Positions 9,726 through 20,312 of a stretch of DNA of 64,000 nt are shown here, one piece after another. The DNA is from Elusimicrobiota bacterium (GTDB lineage Bacteria > Elusimicrobiota > Elusimicrobia > F11). The notes under the pieces were generated by a model. That model was given only the letters and a program-made list of their open reading frames with translations, searched no databases and was not told the origin of the DNA. The stretch lies in NCBI GenBank assembly GCA_044221725.1, contig JBGAON010000001.1:352001-416000 (forward strand), read 5' to 3'. The position numbers and the translations under genes were made by a program. Position 1 is the first letter of the stretch. Each line of letters begins with the position of its first letter.

Positions 9726-11093
9726 ATGACCGAACAAAACGAAAGTTTACCCCCGCACAGTCTCGAAGCTGAGATGGCTGTTTTGGGCAGTATGCTCGTC
9801 GAGCGCGACGCGGTTGTGAAGGCCGCCGACATTCTTAAAGCCGACGACTTCTACAAAGAAAACCACCGTAAAATTTTTGCCGCGATCATGCGGCTTAGCC
9901 ACTCGAATGTTGAAGCCGATATCATTACCGTTGGCGAGGCGCTAAAGAATGAAGTGGGCTTCGGAAGTTCGGGCGGCCCGGCGCTGCTCTTGGAATTGGC
10001 CGAACGCGTGCCGACCGCTCTGCACGTTGAACACTACGCAAAAATTGTCCACGAGAAGGCGCTGTTGCGGGCGCTCATCACGAACGCGCGCGATTTGATT
10101 CGCGACGCGCATTCCGACAAAATTCCGGCGAACGAGCTCGTCGATAAAGCGCAAGAACACTTCTTTACTGTGGGTCAACAAAAGGCGCGCCGCGATTTTT
10201 ATAGCGCGGGCGATTTGATGCAAAGCGCTGTTGAATCGCTCGAGCAAATGGCGAACGCCGGAAAACTTGTGACCGGTGTGCCCACCGGTTATATTGAACT
10301 CGATACGATGATGGCGGGGCTTCAGCCGGCGAATATGATCATCGTCGCCGGTCGTCCGTCGATGGGGAAAACATCGCTCGTTATGAACATGGCGGAACAT
10401 GTGGCGATCGATAACAAAACGCCGGTGGTTTTCTTCTCGCTGGAAATGAGTCAGCAGGAATTGGCGTTGCGGCTTCTGTGTTCGCGGGCTCTGTTGAACA
10501 TGGGCGAAGTTCGTCGGGGATATCTTGCTCGCAAGAATTGGCCTCGTATCACCAGCACCGCGTCCGAAATTGCCGAAGCTCCGCTCTATTTTGATTTTTC
10601 CACTTCACCGACGGTTCTTGAAATTCGCTCCGCATCGCGGCGCTATGCGCACGAACTTCAGCGGAAAAATATGAAGCTGGGATTGATCATCATCGATTAC
10701 TTGCAGCTCATGCGCGGGGACGGATCGATTGAAAGTCGCCAACAAGAAATTTCTGAAATCTCCCGAAGCTTGAAAGGTCTCGCGCGCGAACTGAATGTTC
10801 CCGTGATCGCGCTCTCTCAGCTAAACCGCAAACCCGAAGATCGCACGCGCGACGGTCGCCCGCAATTGTCCGACTTGCGTGAGTCGGGCGCTATCGAACA
10901 AGATGCCGACGTTGTTATGGCCATTTACCGCGAAGAAGTGTACAAACGGGATGACCCGGATCTTAAGGGCAAGGCGAAAATTTTTGTGTTGAAACAACGT
11001 AACGGTCCGATCGGTGATGTATCGCTGACGTTCCTGGATGAGTGCACGCGATTTGTTAACCCTGAGCGAGAGCTTGAACCCACCCCCGTCTAA
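9726..11093 (+). CDS. dnaB: Replicative DNA helicase DnaB (no intein)
   Basis: PPHSLEAE, Walker A AGRPSMGKT, IIIDYLQL, ALSQLNR, SDLRESGAIEQDAD, KQRNGP. Confidence 0.97.
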   Translation: MTEQNESLPPHSLEAEMAVLGSMLVERDAVVKAADILKADDFYKENHRKIFAAIMRLSHSNVEADIITVGEALKNEVGFGSSGGPALLLELAERVPTALHVEHYAKIVHEKALLRALITNARDLIRDAHSDKIPANELVDKAQEHFFTVGQQKARRDFYSAGDLMQSAVESLEQMANAGKLVTGVPTGYIELDTMMAGLQPANMIIVAGRPSMGKTSLVMNMAEHVAIDNKTPVVFFSLEMSQQELALRLLCSRALLNMGEVRRGYLARKNWPRITSTASEIAEAPLYFDFSTSPTVLEIRSASRRYAHELQRKNMKLGLIIIDYLQLMRGDGSIESRQQEISEISRSLKGLARELNVPVIALSQLNRKPEDRTRDGRPQLSDLRESGAIEQDADVVMAIYREEVYKRDDPDLKGKAKIFVLKQRNGPIGDVSLTFLDECTRFVNPERELEPTPV

Positions 11094-11130
11094 GCCCGCA
11101 CCCTCCGCGGACTCCTCGTCGTCGGTAAAA

Positions 11131-12240
11131 ATGTACCGGCCGACGTGGGTGGAAATTTCCACACGCGCATTCTCCTCCAATCTTCGTCAATTAAAGCTGC
11201 TGGCGGGCCCCGGTGTAGCGGTCATGGCTGTTCTCAAGGCCGATGCTTACGGTCATGGTGGAAAACCATTGGCCAAGCGCGCCGTCGAGGACGGTGCATC
11301 GTTAATTGGGGTGTCGAGTCTCGAAGAAGGAATTGCGCTGCGCGAGTGCGGAATTGAAGCTCCCATCCTATTGCTCGGAGGAATATATCCGCTCGAAAAT
11401 TTTGCCGTAGCGATTGAAAACAATCTGACGCCCACCGTCTCAAGTCTCGATGCGGTTAAGTCGCTCGGTGAAATAGCGAGCGCGCGCAAAATAAAAGTTT
11501 CGTTTCATTTGAAGGTGGACACCGGCATGGGCCGCATCGGCGTGTCGCCGATCGGAGCCAAAACAATCTTTTCGTGGCTTAGCGGCCAGCCGCAATTGAA
11601 CTTGGCCGGCGTCTACAGTCACTTCGCATGCGCGGATTCGGATCCCACGGTGACGCAAGACCAATTGCGCGATTTCTTAAGCGTGCGTGAGCTTGCGACC
11701 GGTTTCGGATTTAAAAATACCAAGTTCCACATCGCCAATTCGGCCGCGGCCATTCGTTATCCCGAAAGTCGCCTTGATCTTATTCGTCCGGGCATCGCAC
11801 TTTATGGCGTTCCAACCGTTTCAGTGGCAGAGGATATTCATTTGCAGCCGGTGCTTAGTTGGCATTCCCGAATTGTGTTTCTGAAAAAAGTCCCGAGCGG
11901 AACACCGATTAGTTATGGGGCATCGTTTCGCACGAAACGGGAATCGGTGATTGCGACGTTGCCCGTTGGGTACGCGGACGGAATTCCGCGTCTTGCGTCC
12001 AATAAAGGATTTGTTCTGATTAAAGGACGACGGTGTCCGATTGTCGGGCGTGTGACCATGGATCATATTATGGTGGACGTTACCGACATTCCGGTGGACA
12101 TTGGAGAAATTGTCACGTTAATTGGTCGACAAAGCGATGCTGTGATCTCGGCTTCCGAATGGGGCGCGTGGGCCGATACAATTTCCTATGAGATTTTTTG
12201 CGGCATTTCGAAACGCGTGCCTCGGATCGTGACCCAATGA
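11131..12240 (+). CDS. alr: Alanine racemase
   Basis: AVLKADAYGHG (PLP lysine), KVDTGMGRIG, GYADG, GRVTMD, TISYE; ATG 11131 avoids the dnaB overlap. Confidence 0.95.
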   Translation: MYRPTWVEISTRAFSSNLRQLKLLAGPGVAVMAVLKADAYGHGGKPLAKRAVEDGASLIGVSSLEEGIALRECGIEAPILLLGGIYPLENFAVAIENNLTPTVSSLDAVKSLGEIASARKIKVSFHLKVDTGMGRIGVSPIGAKTIFSWLSGQPQLNLAGVYSHFACADSDPTVTQDQLRDFLSVRELATGFGFKNTKFHIANSAAAIRYPESRLDLIRPGIALYGVPTVSVAEDIHLQPVLSWHSRIVFLKKVPSGTPISYGASFRTKRESVIATLPVGYADGIPRLASNKGFVLIKGRRCPIVGRVTMDHIMVDVTDIPVDIGEIVTLIGRQSDAVISASEWGAWADTISYEIFCGISKRVPRIVTQ

Positions 12241-13025
12241 CCTGGATTGCTTGGCTCGGTGCCGTCACATTGGACACAGCGGAGGCCCTGGGCCGCGTGG
12301 CCGCAATGGTTCGAAAATCTTTTTCGCTTATTTCCAAAGGCAAATGGGAGCCGGCGCTCTCGGTCACACAAATGAACGAGATTGGCGTGGCCTCTTTTCC
12401 GGTGGTTGGTCTCACTTCTCTTTTTACGGGCATGGTGCTGGCGTTTCAAAGTGGTTTCTCGTTTATGAAGGTTTTCAACGAGCCAATTTACGTCGGTTCC
12501 GTGGTCGGCCTGTCTCTGGTGAAGGAGCTGGGGCCTGTTTTGACATCGGTTGTTATCGCGGGGCGCGTCGGTGCCGCAATTACGGCCGAGCTCGGAACCA
12601 TGAACGTGACGGAGCAGATCGACGCGTTGTACACGCTGGGAACAAGTCCGGTTCGCTATTTGGCCGTACCCCGTTACATTGCGATGATGATCATGGTGCC
12701 GATTCTCGCGGCGCTCGCAAACATTATCGGAATCATTGGTGGTTGGATTGTGGCCGTGTCGCAATTAAAAATTCCCGGCAGTGTGTATTGGGATGAAGTG
12801 CGAACGTTCGTGGAACTCAACGACGTTTCGCACGGCATAATAAAATCTTTTTTCTTCGGGCTTATCATTGTCACGACTTCCTGTTACATGGGATTCAATT
12901 GCTCGGGAGGCGCCGAAGGCGTGGGGCGAGCCACGACGCGCGGCGTCGTTATTTCGATGGTTCTCATTCTTGTTGGAGACTATTTTTTGAGCGCGCTCTT
13001 GGTGTCGGTGGGTATTGGCGGATGA
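12237..13025 (+). CDS. mlaE: MlaE-family ABC permease
   Basis: KELGPVLT, AGRVGAAITAELGTMNVTEQIDAL, GVGRATT; ATGA overlap with alr stop. Confidence 0.93.
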   Translation: MTWIAWLGAVTLDTAEALGRVAAMVRKSFSLISKGKWEPALSVTQMNEIGVASFPVVGLTSLFTGMVLAFQSGFSFMKVFNEPIYVGSVVGLSLVKELGPVLTSVVIAGRVGAAITAELGTMNVTEQIDALYTLGTSPVRYLAVPRYIAMMIMVPILAALANIIGIIGGWIVAVSQLKIPGSVYWDEVRTFVELNDVSHGIIKSFFFGLIIVTTSCYMGFNCSGGAEGVGRATTRGVVISMVLILVGDYFLSALLVSVGIGG

Positions 13026-13783
13026 TCAAGATCGAAGGTGTCGAAAAGGCGTTCGGGCGCAACCGCGTGTTGCGCGGTGTCGATCTTGAAATCAAAGAGG
13101 GTGAAACGCTCACCATCATGGGTGGGTCCGGTACCGGAAAAAGTGTGCTCATCAAGCACATGGTGGGGCTGTTGAAGCCGGACCATGGACGTATATATGT
13201 CGACAACAAAGAAATCACAAATATGAACGAAGATCAGTTGTTTCAGATTCAGCGGCGCTTCGGGTATTTGTTTCAAGGCGCTGCGTTGTTCGATTCGTTA
13301 ACGGTGGGAGAAAATATTTCGTTTGGAATTCAGAATCTTCGACCCGACGTGAAGAATTTAAAAGATGTGGTGGTGGAAAAACTTGCGCTCGTGGGACTGC
13401 GGCCAGAAGTAGCCAACCTTAAGCCGGCCGAGTTATCCGGAGGAATGAAAAAACGCGTTGGATTGGCGCGTGCGATCGCCTATGAGCCAGATTATATTTT
13501 GTACGATGAACCAACGACGGGATTGGATCCGATCATGTCCGATGTGATCAACGATTTGATTCTTGGACTGCAAAAAAAGTTGGGCGTGACGTCCGTGGTC
13601 GTCACGCACGACATGACATCGGCGTATAAGATCTCCAACCGCATGGCGATGCTGTATCAAGGGAAAATCGTGGCGATCGGCACGCCCGCGGAAATTCGGA
13701 ACACGTCCAACCCGTTGGTGAAGCAATTCATCACCGGCTCCTCTCAAGGGCCGATCCAAATGCAAATAAGGGCGGTTGAATAG
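13022..13783 (+). CDS. mlaF: MlaF-family ABC ATPase
   Basis: GGSGTGKS, FQGAALFDS, LSGGMKKRVGLARA, YDEPTTGLDP. Confidence 0.93.
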   Translation: MIKIEGVEKAFGRNRVLRGVDLEIKEGETLTIMGGSGTGKSVLIKHMVGLLKPDHGRIYVDNKEITNMNEDQLFQIQRRFGYLFQGAALFDSLTVGENISFGIQNLRPDVKNLKDVVVEKLALVGLRPEVANLKPAELSGGMKKRVGLARAIAYEPDYILYDEPTTGLDPIMSDVINDLILGLQKKLGVTSVVVTHDMTSAYKISNRMAMLYQGKIVAIGTPAEIRNTSNPLVKQFITGSSQGPIQMQIRAVE

Positions 13784-15142
13784 TTGAACACCGAAACAAA
13801 AGTCGGCCTGTTTTTGTTGGCGGCCTTGAGCGTGATACTGACGTCAATTCTCACGCTCGGTAATGTTCAATTTTTCAGTCGCAATCACCGCTACTACGTT
13901 GATTTTGCGAACGTCGAAGCGCTTCCCGCGAAAGCGTTGGTCAAAGTGGCCGGCGTCGAAATCGGAAAAGTACGCAAAGTGTCGCTCGTGGAAGGTCACG
14001 CCCGCGTTACGATTGATATTGATCCCGAAGTGGAGCTGCACGAAAACGCATCGGCGCGCGTGGAGTCAACCGGTATCATTGGAACAAAATTTATCGAGTT
14101 GCGTCCCGGCAGTTCCTCTCTTCCAATCCTTCCAAACAAATCCGCGATCCGTGGTGAAGAAGCCGCTGGTTTGAATCAGATGATCAACAAGCTCAGCACG
14201 CTGTTTGAAAGCGACGAGAAAAACGGCAACGCCGTCGATAATTTTAAAGAGACGATGGCCAACATCCGCAACATTACGCGCGCGTTGAATGTGGCGATGG
14301 GCAATCATGCTGGAGAAATGGAAGAGATCGTCATGAACGTTCGCGATTTGACCGCCAGCTTGAAAGTTTTCTCGGCGCATCTCGAAGAAATTTCCACCGA
14401 GAAGAAAGAGGATTTCAAAACAGCGATCACGAAGTTCAAGGACGTGGGTGACAAGTTGGACGCGCTGTTGGCCAAGGTGAGCCGCGGCGAGGGAACGATC
14501 GGTGCGCTGATGACCGACAAGCAGACGGAGCAAAATGTAAAAGAAGCGGTCGCGTCCATTAAAGACTCGGCCAATTCCGCAAAGAAGATTTTGGGTCGTT
14601 TCACGGCCGTGAATATTTATTGGGATTACCGGTATCGCTATGACATGACGGACAACGAGGGAAGGCACGATCTTGCGCTCAAGTTTGTGCCACGGCCCGG
14701 AAAATTTTATGCGCTCGGTGTGACGAACATGAGCGTGAACGATCAGTCGGATGAAGAACACACATTGTTTGAGCGTCGCAATCGCGTCCTGGCCGTCATG
14801 GGGAACGATCTTGGCCCATTTACCGGATACATTGGTGCGGTGCGATCACGCGGGGGCGGTGGCCTAAATTTCCGTCCGTTCTTCTTTAACCCGAAGTGGG
14901 ATCGCCGCGTTGAATTGAACGCTGAGCTGTCCGACCCAATGCGGGACCGGCTGGTGCAGGGCCGTCATTTGGACACGCCGTGGGTCGGCGTTGGGGCGCA
15001 CGTGGCGTTGAACAAATGGTTATGGATTGGCGCGCGCGCAGAAGATATTTTTGAGCGGGTTGCGTATCAAGCGTATATGAACATCAACTTCCGCGATCAA
15101 GATTTGGCGTATATGTTCGGTCTCGCCAGCGTGGCGAGATAA
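13784..15142 (+). CDS. mlaD: MCE/MlaD-domain protein with long helical region and beta-rich C-terminus
   Basis: ETKVGLF TM anchor, VKVAGVEIGKV MCE motif, GIIGTKFIEL, GEGTIGAL; TTG start directly after mlaF. Confidence 0.85.
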   Translation: MNTETKVGLFLLAALSVILTSILTLGNVQFFSRNHRYYVDFANVEALPAKALVKVAGVEIGKVRKVSLVEGHARVTIDIDPEVELHENASARVESTGIIGTKFIELRPGSSSLPILPNKSAIRGEEAAGLNQMINKLSTLFESDEKNGNAVDNFKETMANIRNITRALNVAMGNHAGEMEEIVMNVRDLTASLKVFSAHLEEISTEKKEDFKTAITKFKDVGDKLDALLAKVSRGEGTIGALMTDKQTEQNVKEAVASIKDSANSAKKILGRFTAVNIYWDYRYRYDMTDNEGRHDLALKFVPRPGKFYALGVTNMSVNDQSDEEHTLFERRNRVLAVMGNDLGPFTGYIGAVRSRGGGGLNFRPFFFNPKWDRRVELNAELSDPMRDRLVQGRHLDTPWVGVGAHVALNKWLWIGARAEDIFERVAYQAYMNINFRDQDLAYMFGLASVAR

Positions 15143-15153
15143 GGAGCAATAAA

Positions 15154-15684
15154 ATGGCAGGAAAGGTAGTTCCAACCCGATTGTATTCGCTGTCTCAAGT
15201 CGGTGGACAGTGCGTAATGGTTCTCGAGGAAATTGACGGGCCGCGTTTGTTGCCCATTTGGATCGGCCTTTATGAAGGAGGCGCCATTGGCATGGCATTG
15301 TCCGGCCAGCAATTTCCCCGTCCGCTCACGCACGACCTGTTTATGATTGTCATGCAGCAGCTCGGCGGCAAAATGAAGCACATGGAAATTACCGAGCTCA
15401 AAGATTCAACCTTCTACGCCGAAATTTGTTTGACGAGTGGGCCCAACGATATCATCATTGATGCGCGTCCCAGTGACTCGGTGGCGCTGGCCGTGCGCGC
15501 CAACTGTCCGATTCTCGTGAACGAAAAAGTTTTCAAAGCGTGTCCCGAATTGTTGAAGCCCATTAGCGAAGACGAAGTGAACGATTTCAAAAAAAAGTTG
15601 GACACAATGACGCCGGAAGACTTTTTCAAAGATCTCAAGAAGAAAGACGAGCCTCCATCAGGAAAAGAACCGCCGCAAGAATAG
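15154..15684 (+). CDS. Bifunctional nuclease family protein (DUF151)
   Basis: LPIWIG, RPLTHDL, TFYA, IDARPSDSVALA. Confidence 0.9.
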   Translation: MAGKVVPTRLYSLSQVGGQCVMVLEEIDGPRLLPIWIGLYEGGAIGMALSGQQFPRPLTHDLFMIVMQQLGGKMKHMEITELKDSTFYAEICLTSGPNDIIIDARPSDSVALAVRANCPILVNEKVFKACPELLKPISEDEVNDFKKKLDTMTPEDFFKDLKKKDEPPSGKEPPQE

Positions 15685-15711
15685 TCGTCGACAAATAAGG
15701 AGACATTTCGA

Positions 15712-16764
15712 ATGTTTCATGTGTTAAGAGGATTGCTGTTGCTCGTAGGGCCCATTATTGGTTATTCGGTTGGTAAAACCGCCGACGCCGCGCTTGTAGG
15801 ATTGGGTGTGTCCGCATTCGTTGTAGCGATTGAACTGGTGATTGAGCGCATTCCATTGGACGTTTTAATTTTTGGTGCGATTGGAGCGTTTGGCGGTGTC
15901 ATTATTGCGAAAGGAATTGACTGGCTTGTTTTCCGGCTCGACAATCCGGCGATCTATCAATTCATTTCAAACAAGTCGCTGCTAGTGAATCTTGTGTTCG
16001 CGTATCTCGGTTGCATGATCGCGGTTCGAAAAAAAGGCGAACTCGATCTCCTCGATAAAAATCTCGTTGTTAAGTCCACAAAATCCAAAGAAGTCAAAAT
16101 TATCGACACGTCCGTTCTCATTGATGGACGACTCGCCGACGTCGTGGAAACCGGTTTTCTTTCGGGGAATCTTATCGTGCCACGATTCGTGTTGCATGAG
16201 CTCCAGGTCGTCGCCGACTCGTCGGACGGAACGAAACGTCAGCGTGGGCGTCGGGGGCTTGATATTTTAAAGCGGTTGCAAGACAGCCAAGAAGTAACGG
16301 TCAAAATTTACGACAAAGATTATCCGAACATAAAAGAAGTGGACTCGAAGCTCGTTGAACTCGCAAAAGAAATGGACGGCAAGGTTGCGACAACGGATTT
16401 CAACTTAAGCAAAGTGGCCGCGCTTCAAGGCGTGCCCGTGTTGAACGTGAACGATTTGGCCGGAGCGCTTAAGTCGGTGGTTCTTCCGGGCGATACGTTG
16501 ATTCTTTATCTCGCGAAGGAAGGCAAAGAAAAACAGCAGGCTGTCGGATATCTCGACGATGGAACCATGGTTGTTGTGGATGACGGCCGCCGCTATTTGG
16601 GTAAGCGCGTGAGCGCTTACGTGAATTCAATTCTTCAAACGCCTGCCGGCCGTATGATTTTTGCTCGCGCGCAGGAAGTAAAAGAGATGCCCCACGTGGA
16701 AGAAAAGCATCCGCTGCCAGGATCTCCGTCCGCGTCGAACGAATCTCATCCACCCCATTCCTAA
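15712..16764 (+). CDS. Membrane PIN/TRAM-domain protein (YacL-like)
   Basis: N-terminal TMs; DTSVLIDGR, RGRRGLD, TDFNL, GYLDDGTMVVV, LQTPAGRMIF; upstream of ispD as usual. Confidence 0.92.
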   Translation: MFHVLRGLLLLVGPIIGYSVGKTADAALVGLGVSAFVVAIELVIERIPLDVLIFGAIGAFGGVIIAKGIDWLVFRLDNPAIYQFISNKSLLVNLVFAYLGCMIAVRKKGELDLLDKNLVVKSTKSKEVKIIDTSVLIDGRLADVVETGFLSGNLIVPRFVLHELQVVADSSDGTKRQRGRRGLDILKRLQDSQEVTVKIYDKDYPNIKEVDSKLVELAKEMDGKVATTDFNLSKVAALQGVPVLNVNDLAGALKSVVLPGDTLILYLAKEGKEKQQAVGYLDDGTMVVVDDGRRYLGKRVSAYVNSILQTPAGRMIFARAQEVKEMPHVEEKHPLPGSPSASNESHPPHS

Positions 16765-16769
16765 TTGGT

Positions 16770-17438
16770 ATGAAGTCGGGTGTGGTGTTGCTTGCGGCCG
16801 GATCCGGGCGACGGTTCGGTGGACGCCAACCCAAACAGTTTCTCTTTGTTAACGGCAAACCGCTTTTTTTTCTTCCGCTGAAAACTTTTTTGGAAAAGCC
16901 CTCGGTGAAAGAAGTCGTGATCGTGGGCGCGCCCGTGCATCGCGCCAAAATTTCACGCTGGGTCGCAGCGATGCGAACAAACAAGCCAATCGCCGTGGTC
17001 GACGGGGGCGCCATTCGAGGAGAATCGGTTCGAAATGGCGTACAAGCGTTATCGAACTCCGTCGATGTCGTGCTTGTGCACGATTCGGCGCGTCCGTTGG
17101 TATCGCGCGACATTATTGACCGGGTTGAAAAAGCGGCGAAGCGAACAGGGGCCGCGTTGGCCGCGTGGCCGCTGGCCGACACGTTGAAGTTGGCCACGCC
17201 GAGCTTGCTCGTTAAGAAAACCATTCCAAGGGAGAAGCTTTGGCTTGCGCAAACACCGCAGGGATTTCGACGGGATGTGGCTCAAAAATGTTTGATGGCG
17301 CCGTCCGCTGGTGCGACGGACGATGTGGAACTCGCGCAACGCAAAGGGTACAAGGTCGCAATTGTTGAGGGGAGCGCCACCAATTTTAAGGTCACGTATC
17401 CCACGGATTTAACGTTATGTCGATTACTTCAAAAATAA
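16770..17438 (+). CDS. ispD: 2-C-methyl-D-erythritol 4-phosphate cytidylyltransferase
   Basis: LAAGSGRRFG..PKQF, VLVHDSARP, AQTPQGF, TDD, NFKVTYPTDL. Confidence 0.94.
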   Translation: MKSGVVLLAAGSGRRFGGRQPKQFLFVNGKPLFFLPLKTFLEKPSVKEVVIVGAPVHRAKISRWVAAMRTNKPIAVVDGGAIRGESVRNGVQALSNSVDVVLVHDSARPLVSRDIIDRVEKAAKRTGAALAAWPLADTLKLATPSLLVKKTIPREKLWLAQTPQGFRRDVAQKCLMAPSAGATDDVELAQRKGYKVAIVEGSATNFKVTYPTDLTLCRLLQK

Positions 17439-17911
17439 GTCGGACCGGATTCGGTTTCGATTCGCACCTGTTCTCGTCCAGCGGTACGTTGGTGCTGGGC
17501 GGAATCAAATTTAAAAACATGCCGATCCTCAAAGGGCATTCGGACGGCGATGCTGTTTTGCATGCGCTGATCGATGCGCTTTTGGGCGCCGCCTCGTTGG
17601 GCGACATTGGCGAGATGTTCCCGGATACGTCATCGGCGCTCAAGGGGATTGATAGTGCGTTGCTTTTGAAACGCGCCGTCGACCGCGTAAAAAAAGCCGG
17701 CTGGACGCCGGAACATGTGGACGTCACAATTCTTGCGGACGACCCGCGCCTATCGCCGGTCAAAGAAAAAATGAAGAAAGGGTTAGCGAAACTACTGGGT
17801 ATGCATGCGAGCGACGTGAACGTAAAAGCCAAAACTCAAGAAGGGTTAGCGATATTCAAACAGCCCGGCGGAATTGCCGTTTGGGCCGTCGCCACACTGG
17901 GTGGTAGATGA
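17417..17911 (+). CDS. ispF: 2-C-methyl-D-erythritol 2,4-cyclodiphosphate synthase
   Basis: GFGFDSH, HSDGDAVLHALIDALLGA, GDIG.FP, NVKAKT.E. Confidence 0.95.
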   Translation: MSITSKISRTGFGFDSHLFSSSGTLVLGGIKFKNMPILKGHSDGDAVLHALIDALLGAASLGDIGEMFPDTSSALKGIDSALLLKRAVDRVKKAGWTPEHVDVTILADDPRLSPVKEKMKKGLAKLLGMHASDVNVKAKTQEGLAIFKQPGGIAVWAVATLGGR

Positions 17912-19314
17912 GACCGTTGCATTTCCATAACACGTTGTCGGGCAAGAAAGAGGAACTCAAACCGCTCGTCGCCGGCAAAGTCGGACTTTACGTTTGCGGG
18001 ATTACGCCGTACGACGAATCCCACATTGGGCACGCGCGCTGTTATGTCGTGTTCGATATATTGAAACGGGTGCTACTGGCAAACGGTTACCAAGTCAAAC
18101 ACGTTCAGAACTTCACCGATGTCGATGACAAAATTATCAAGCGCGCAAACGAAATGAACGTGCCGGCGGAATCTTATCCGAAGCCGTTCATGAAAGGTTT
18201 TCTGGATCACATGAAAAAGTTGAACGTGCTGCCCGCCGACACCTACCCGCTTGTAACGACGCACATGAACGAAATTGTTGCTCTCATTGAGAGGCTCATC
18301 GCTCGCGGATTCGCCTATGAGATAGGCGGTGACGTGTATTATTCCGTGCGAAAATTTGGAACGCGTTACGTGGAATTGTCGAAACGAAATCTTGAAGAGA
18401 TGATCGCCGGTGCGCGTGTGGAAGTGGACGAACGGAAAAACGATCCGCTCGACTTCGCGTTATGGAAGAAATCGAAGGAGAACGAGCCGGCTTGGCCATC
18501 GCCGTGGGGAAACGGGCGGCCCGGTTGGCACATTGAATGTTCGGCGATGGCGATGAAATACCTGGGCGACGAATTTGACATTCATGGCGGCGGAATGGAT
18601 TTGATTTTTCCACACCACACGAATGAAATCGCCCAGTCGGTGGGCGCCTCCGGCAAAGCGTTTGCAAAGATGTGGGTGCACAACGGGTTTGTCACGATCG
18701 ACAATGAAAAGATGTCGAAGTCGCTCGGGAATTTTTTCACGATTAAAGAGGTGCTTGCCAAGTTTGATCCGATGACGCTTCGGTATTTTCTGCTTTCGCA
18801 GCATTACCGAAGCCCGCTCAATTTTTCGGACCACGCGCTCACCGTGGCCCAAACCACGTGGTTCCAACGAATCATCGGAGCTTATCGTATTGCAGAGGGC
18901 TGGGAGCATCGTCGTTCCCGCGAAGGCGGGAACCTAGACACCCCCGGTGGGGCGACAGAGAAGTTTCACGCCGCACTCGCTAACGACTTGAACACGCCCG
19001 AAGCGCTCGCGGAAATCAATCAATATTGTTCGCTTATTTACGAGCACGAGAAATCACAAGAGCCAATGCCGGAGGCGAAGTCGGTGTTGGATGCGATGTT
19101 CAATACGCTCGGGCTGGTTCCCGCGCAAGAGGAAAAGTGGTCCGATGAAATTCTCGCAATCGTCAAAGATCGGGAGACCGCGCGTAAAAACAAAGAGTGG
19201 AAGCGCTCCGACGAGCTGCGTGATTTGCTGAAGTCAAAAGGCGTGCTCGTTGAAGATTCGTCATCGGGCCAGCGTTTGAAAAAAATGGGAGACGGCGTTG
19301 GCGTGGCGAAATAA
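17908..19314 (+). CDS. cysS: Cysteine--tRNA ligase
   Basis: CGITPY, HIGH, DFALWK, GRPGWHIEC, HGGGMDLIFPH, KMSKS. Confidence 0.97.
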   Translation: MRPLHFHNTLSGKKEELKPLVAGKVGLYVCGITPYDESHIGHARCYVVFDILKRVLLANGYQVKHVQNFTDVDDKIIKRANEMNVPAESYPKPFMKGFLDHMKKLNVLPADTYPLVTTHMNEIVALIERLIARGFAYEIGGDVYYSVRKFGTRYVELSKRNLEEMIAGARVEVDERKNDPLDFALWKKSKENEPAWPSPWGNGRPGWHIECSAMAMKYLGDEFDIHGGGMDLIFPHHTNEIAQSVGASGKAFAKMWVHNGFVTIDNEKMSKSLGNFFTIKEVLAKFDPMTLRYFLLSQHYRSPLNFSDHALTVAQTTWFQRIIGAYRIAEGWEHRRSREGGNLDTPGGATEKFHAALANDLNTPEALAEINQYCSLIYEHEKSQEPMPEAKSVLDAMFNTLGLVPAQEEKWSDEILAIVKDRETARKNKEWKRSDELRDLLKSKGVLVEDSSSGQRLKKMGDGVGVAK

Positions 19315-20077
19315 GTCGAATCGCTCCGACCGTGCGGAGGATTCCTCGGCGGACCTTGTGTACGGTCGCTGGCCCGTGCGCGAAGCATTGGCCGCCGGGC
19401 AAGTCGCCAAAATTTTTGTCGCGCGGGGAGTGAACGGCGGTCCCGTAGAAGAAATCTTACGAATCGCTCGCGATAAGAAAGTGCCCTTTCATTGGGTCGA
19501 GCGTCAGAAAATTGACGAGCTTGCCGGCGATGAAGCCGTTCATCAGGGCGTTGCCGCGTACGCGACGCCGATAAAATTTTCCGACGTGAACGAAATTATT
19601 GGATTGGCCAAAAATTTCCGAGACAAAAGACCTGCGGCGATTTTTCTCGATGGCGTTACCGACCCGCACAACCTCGGCTCCATTTTGCGCAGCGCCGTTT
19701 TTTTCGGAGTGCCCGCTGTTGTGATTCCGAAATGGCGCGCCGCAACGTTGACGGGAACCGTCGTGCGCTCCTCCGCAGGTGCGGCGCGGCTTATCTCCAT
19801 TGCACAGGTACCGAACCTGGTCGGTGCAATGGAACTCGCTCGAAAAGCGGGCGTTTGGCTGGTGGGTGCCGATATGTCGGGCGATGACATTAAGCAAGTT
19901 GATCTCCCTCAACCGTATATATTGGTGATGGGAGGAGAGGGTGAAGGGCTCCACGAGTTGGTGAGAAAGAAGTGCGACATGTTGATTAGCCTTAAAGGGC
20001 ATGCCAACAGGAAAGGAATCGATTCGTTAAACGTGGGCGCCGCCACCGCTGCTTTGCTTCACTCGGTTTCCTCTTAA
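19298..20077 (+). CDS. rlmB: 23S rRNA Gm2251 methyltransferase (TrmH/SpoU family)
   Basis: HQGVAA, LDGVTDPHNLGSILRSA, GGEGEGL, SLNVGAA; follows cysS. Confidence 0.9.
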   Translation: MAWRNKSNRSDRAEDSSADLVYGRWPVREALAAGQVAKIFVARGVNGGPVEEILRIARDKKVPFHWVERQKIDELAGDEAVHQGVAAYATPIKFSDVNEIIGLAKNFRDKRPAAIFLDGVTDPHNLGSILRSAVFFGVPAVVIPKWRAATLTGTVVRSSAGAARLISIAQVPNLVGAMELARKAGVWLVGADMSGDDIKQVDLPQPYILVMGGEGEGLHELVRKKCDMLISLKGHANRKGIDSLNVGAATAALLHSVSS

Positions 20078-20159
20078 CTAGAACGGTTTTGAACACCGGT
20101 AACCGGTTTGCTAATCGAGCGTGTTTTTATACGATCGGTTCGCTGTTTGGACTCTGAAC

Positions 20160-20231
20160 GCCGATGTAGCTCAATGGCAGAGCAACGGTTTTGTAAACCG
20201 TAGGTTGGGGGTTCGAGTCCCTTCATCGGCT
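20160..20231 (+). tRNA. tRNA-Thr(UGU); CCA not encoded
   Basis: Acceptor GCCGATG/CATCGGC, D arm GCTC-aatggca-GAGC, anticodon stem ACGGT/ACCGT with loop TTTGTAA, T loop GTTCGAGTC. Confidence 0.96.
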
Positions 20232-20312
20232 TATAAAAGTTTTTCACTCTGTTAGCCCCCTCCCTAACGAGATTTCACCATCGATATTTCTGTACAAAGG
20301 AACTTACGACCA

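Noticed and set aside
9726..11093. Intein in DnaB
   Set aside because: Length of 455 aa and contiguous motifs leave no room for one
11038..13022. Long N-terminal extensions on alr, mlaE and mlaF (also 21254 permease, udg, priA) in the ORF track
   Set aside because: Artefacts of longest-ORF calling; downstream ATGs, several with ATGA coupling, match family N-termini
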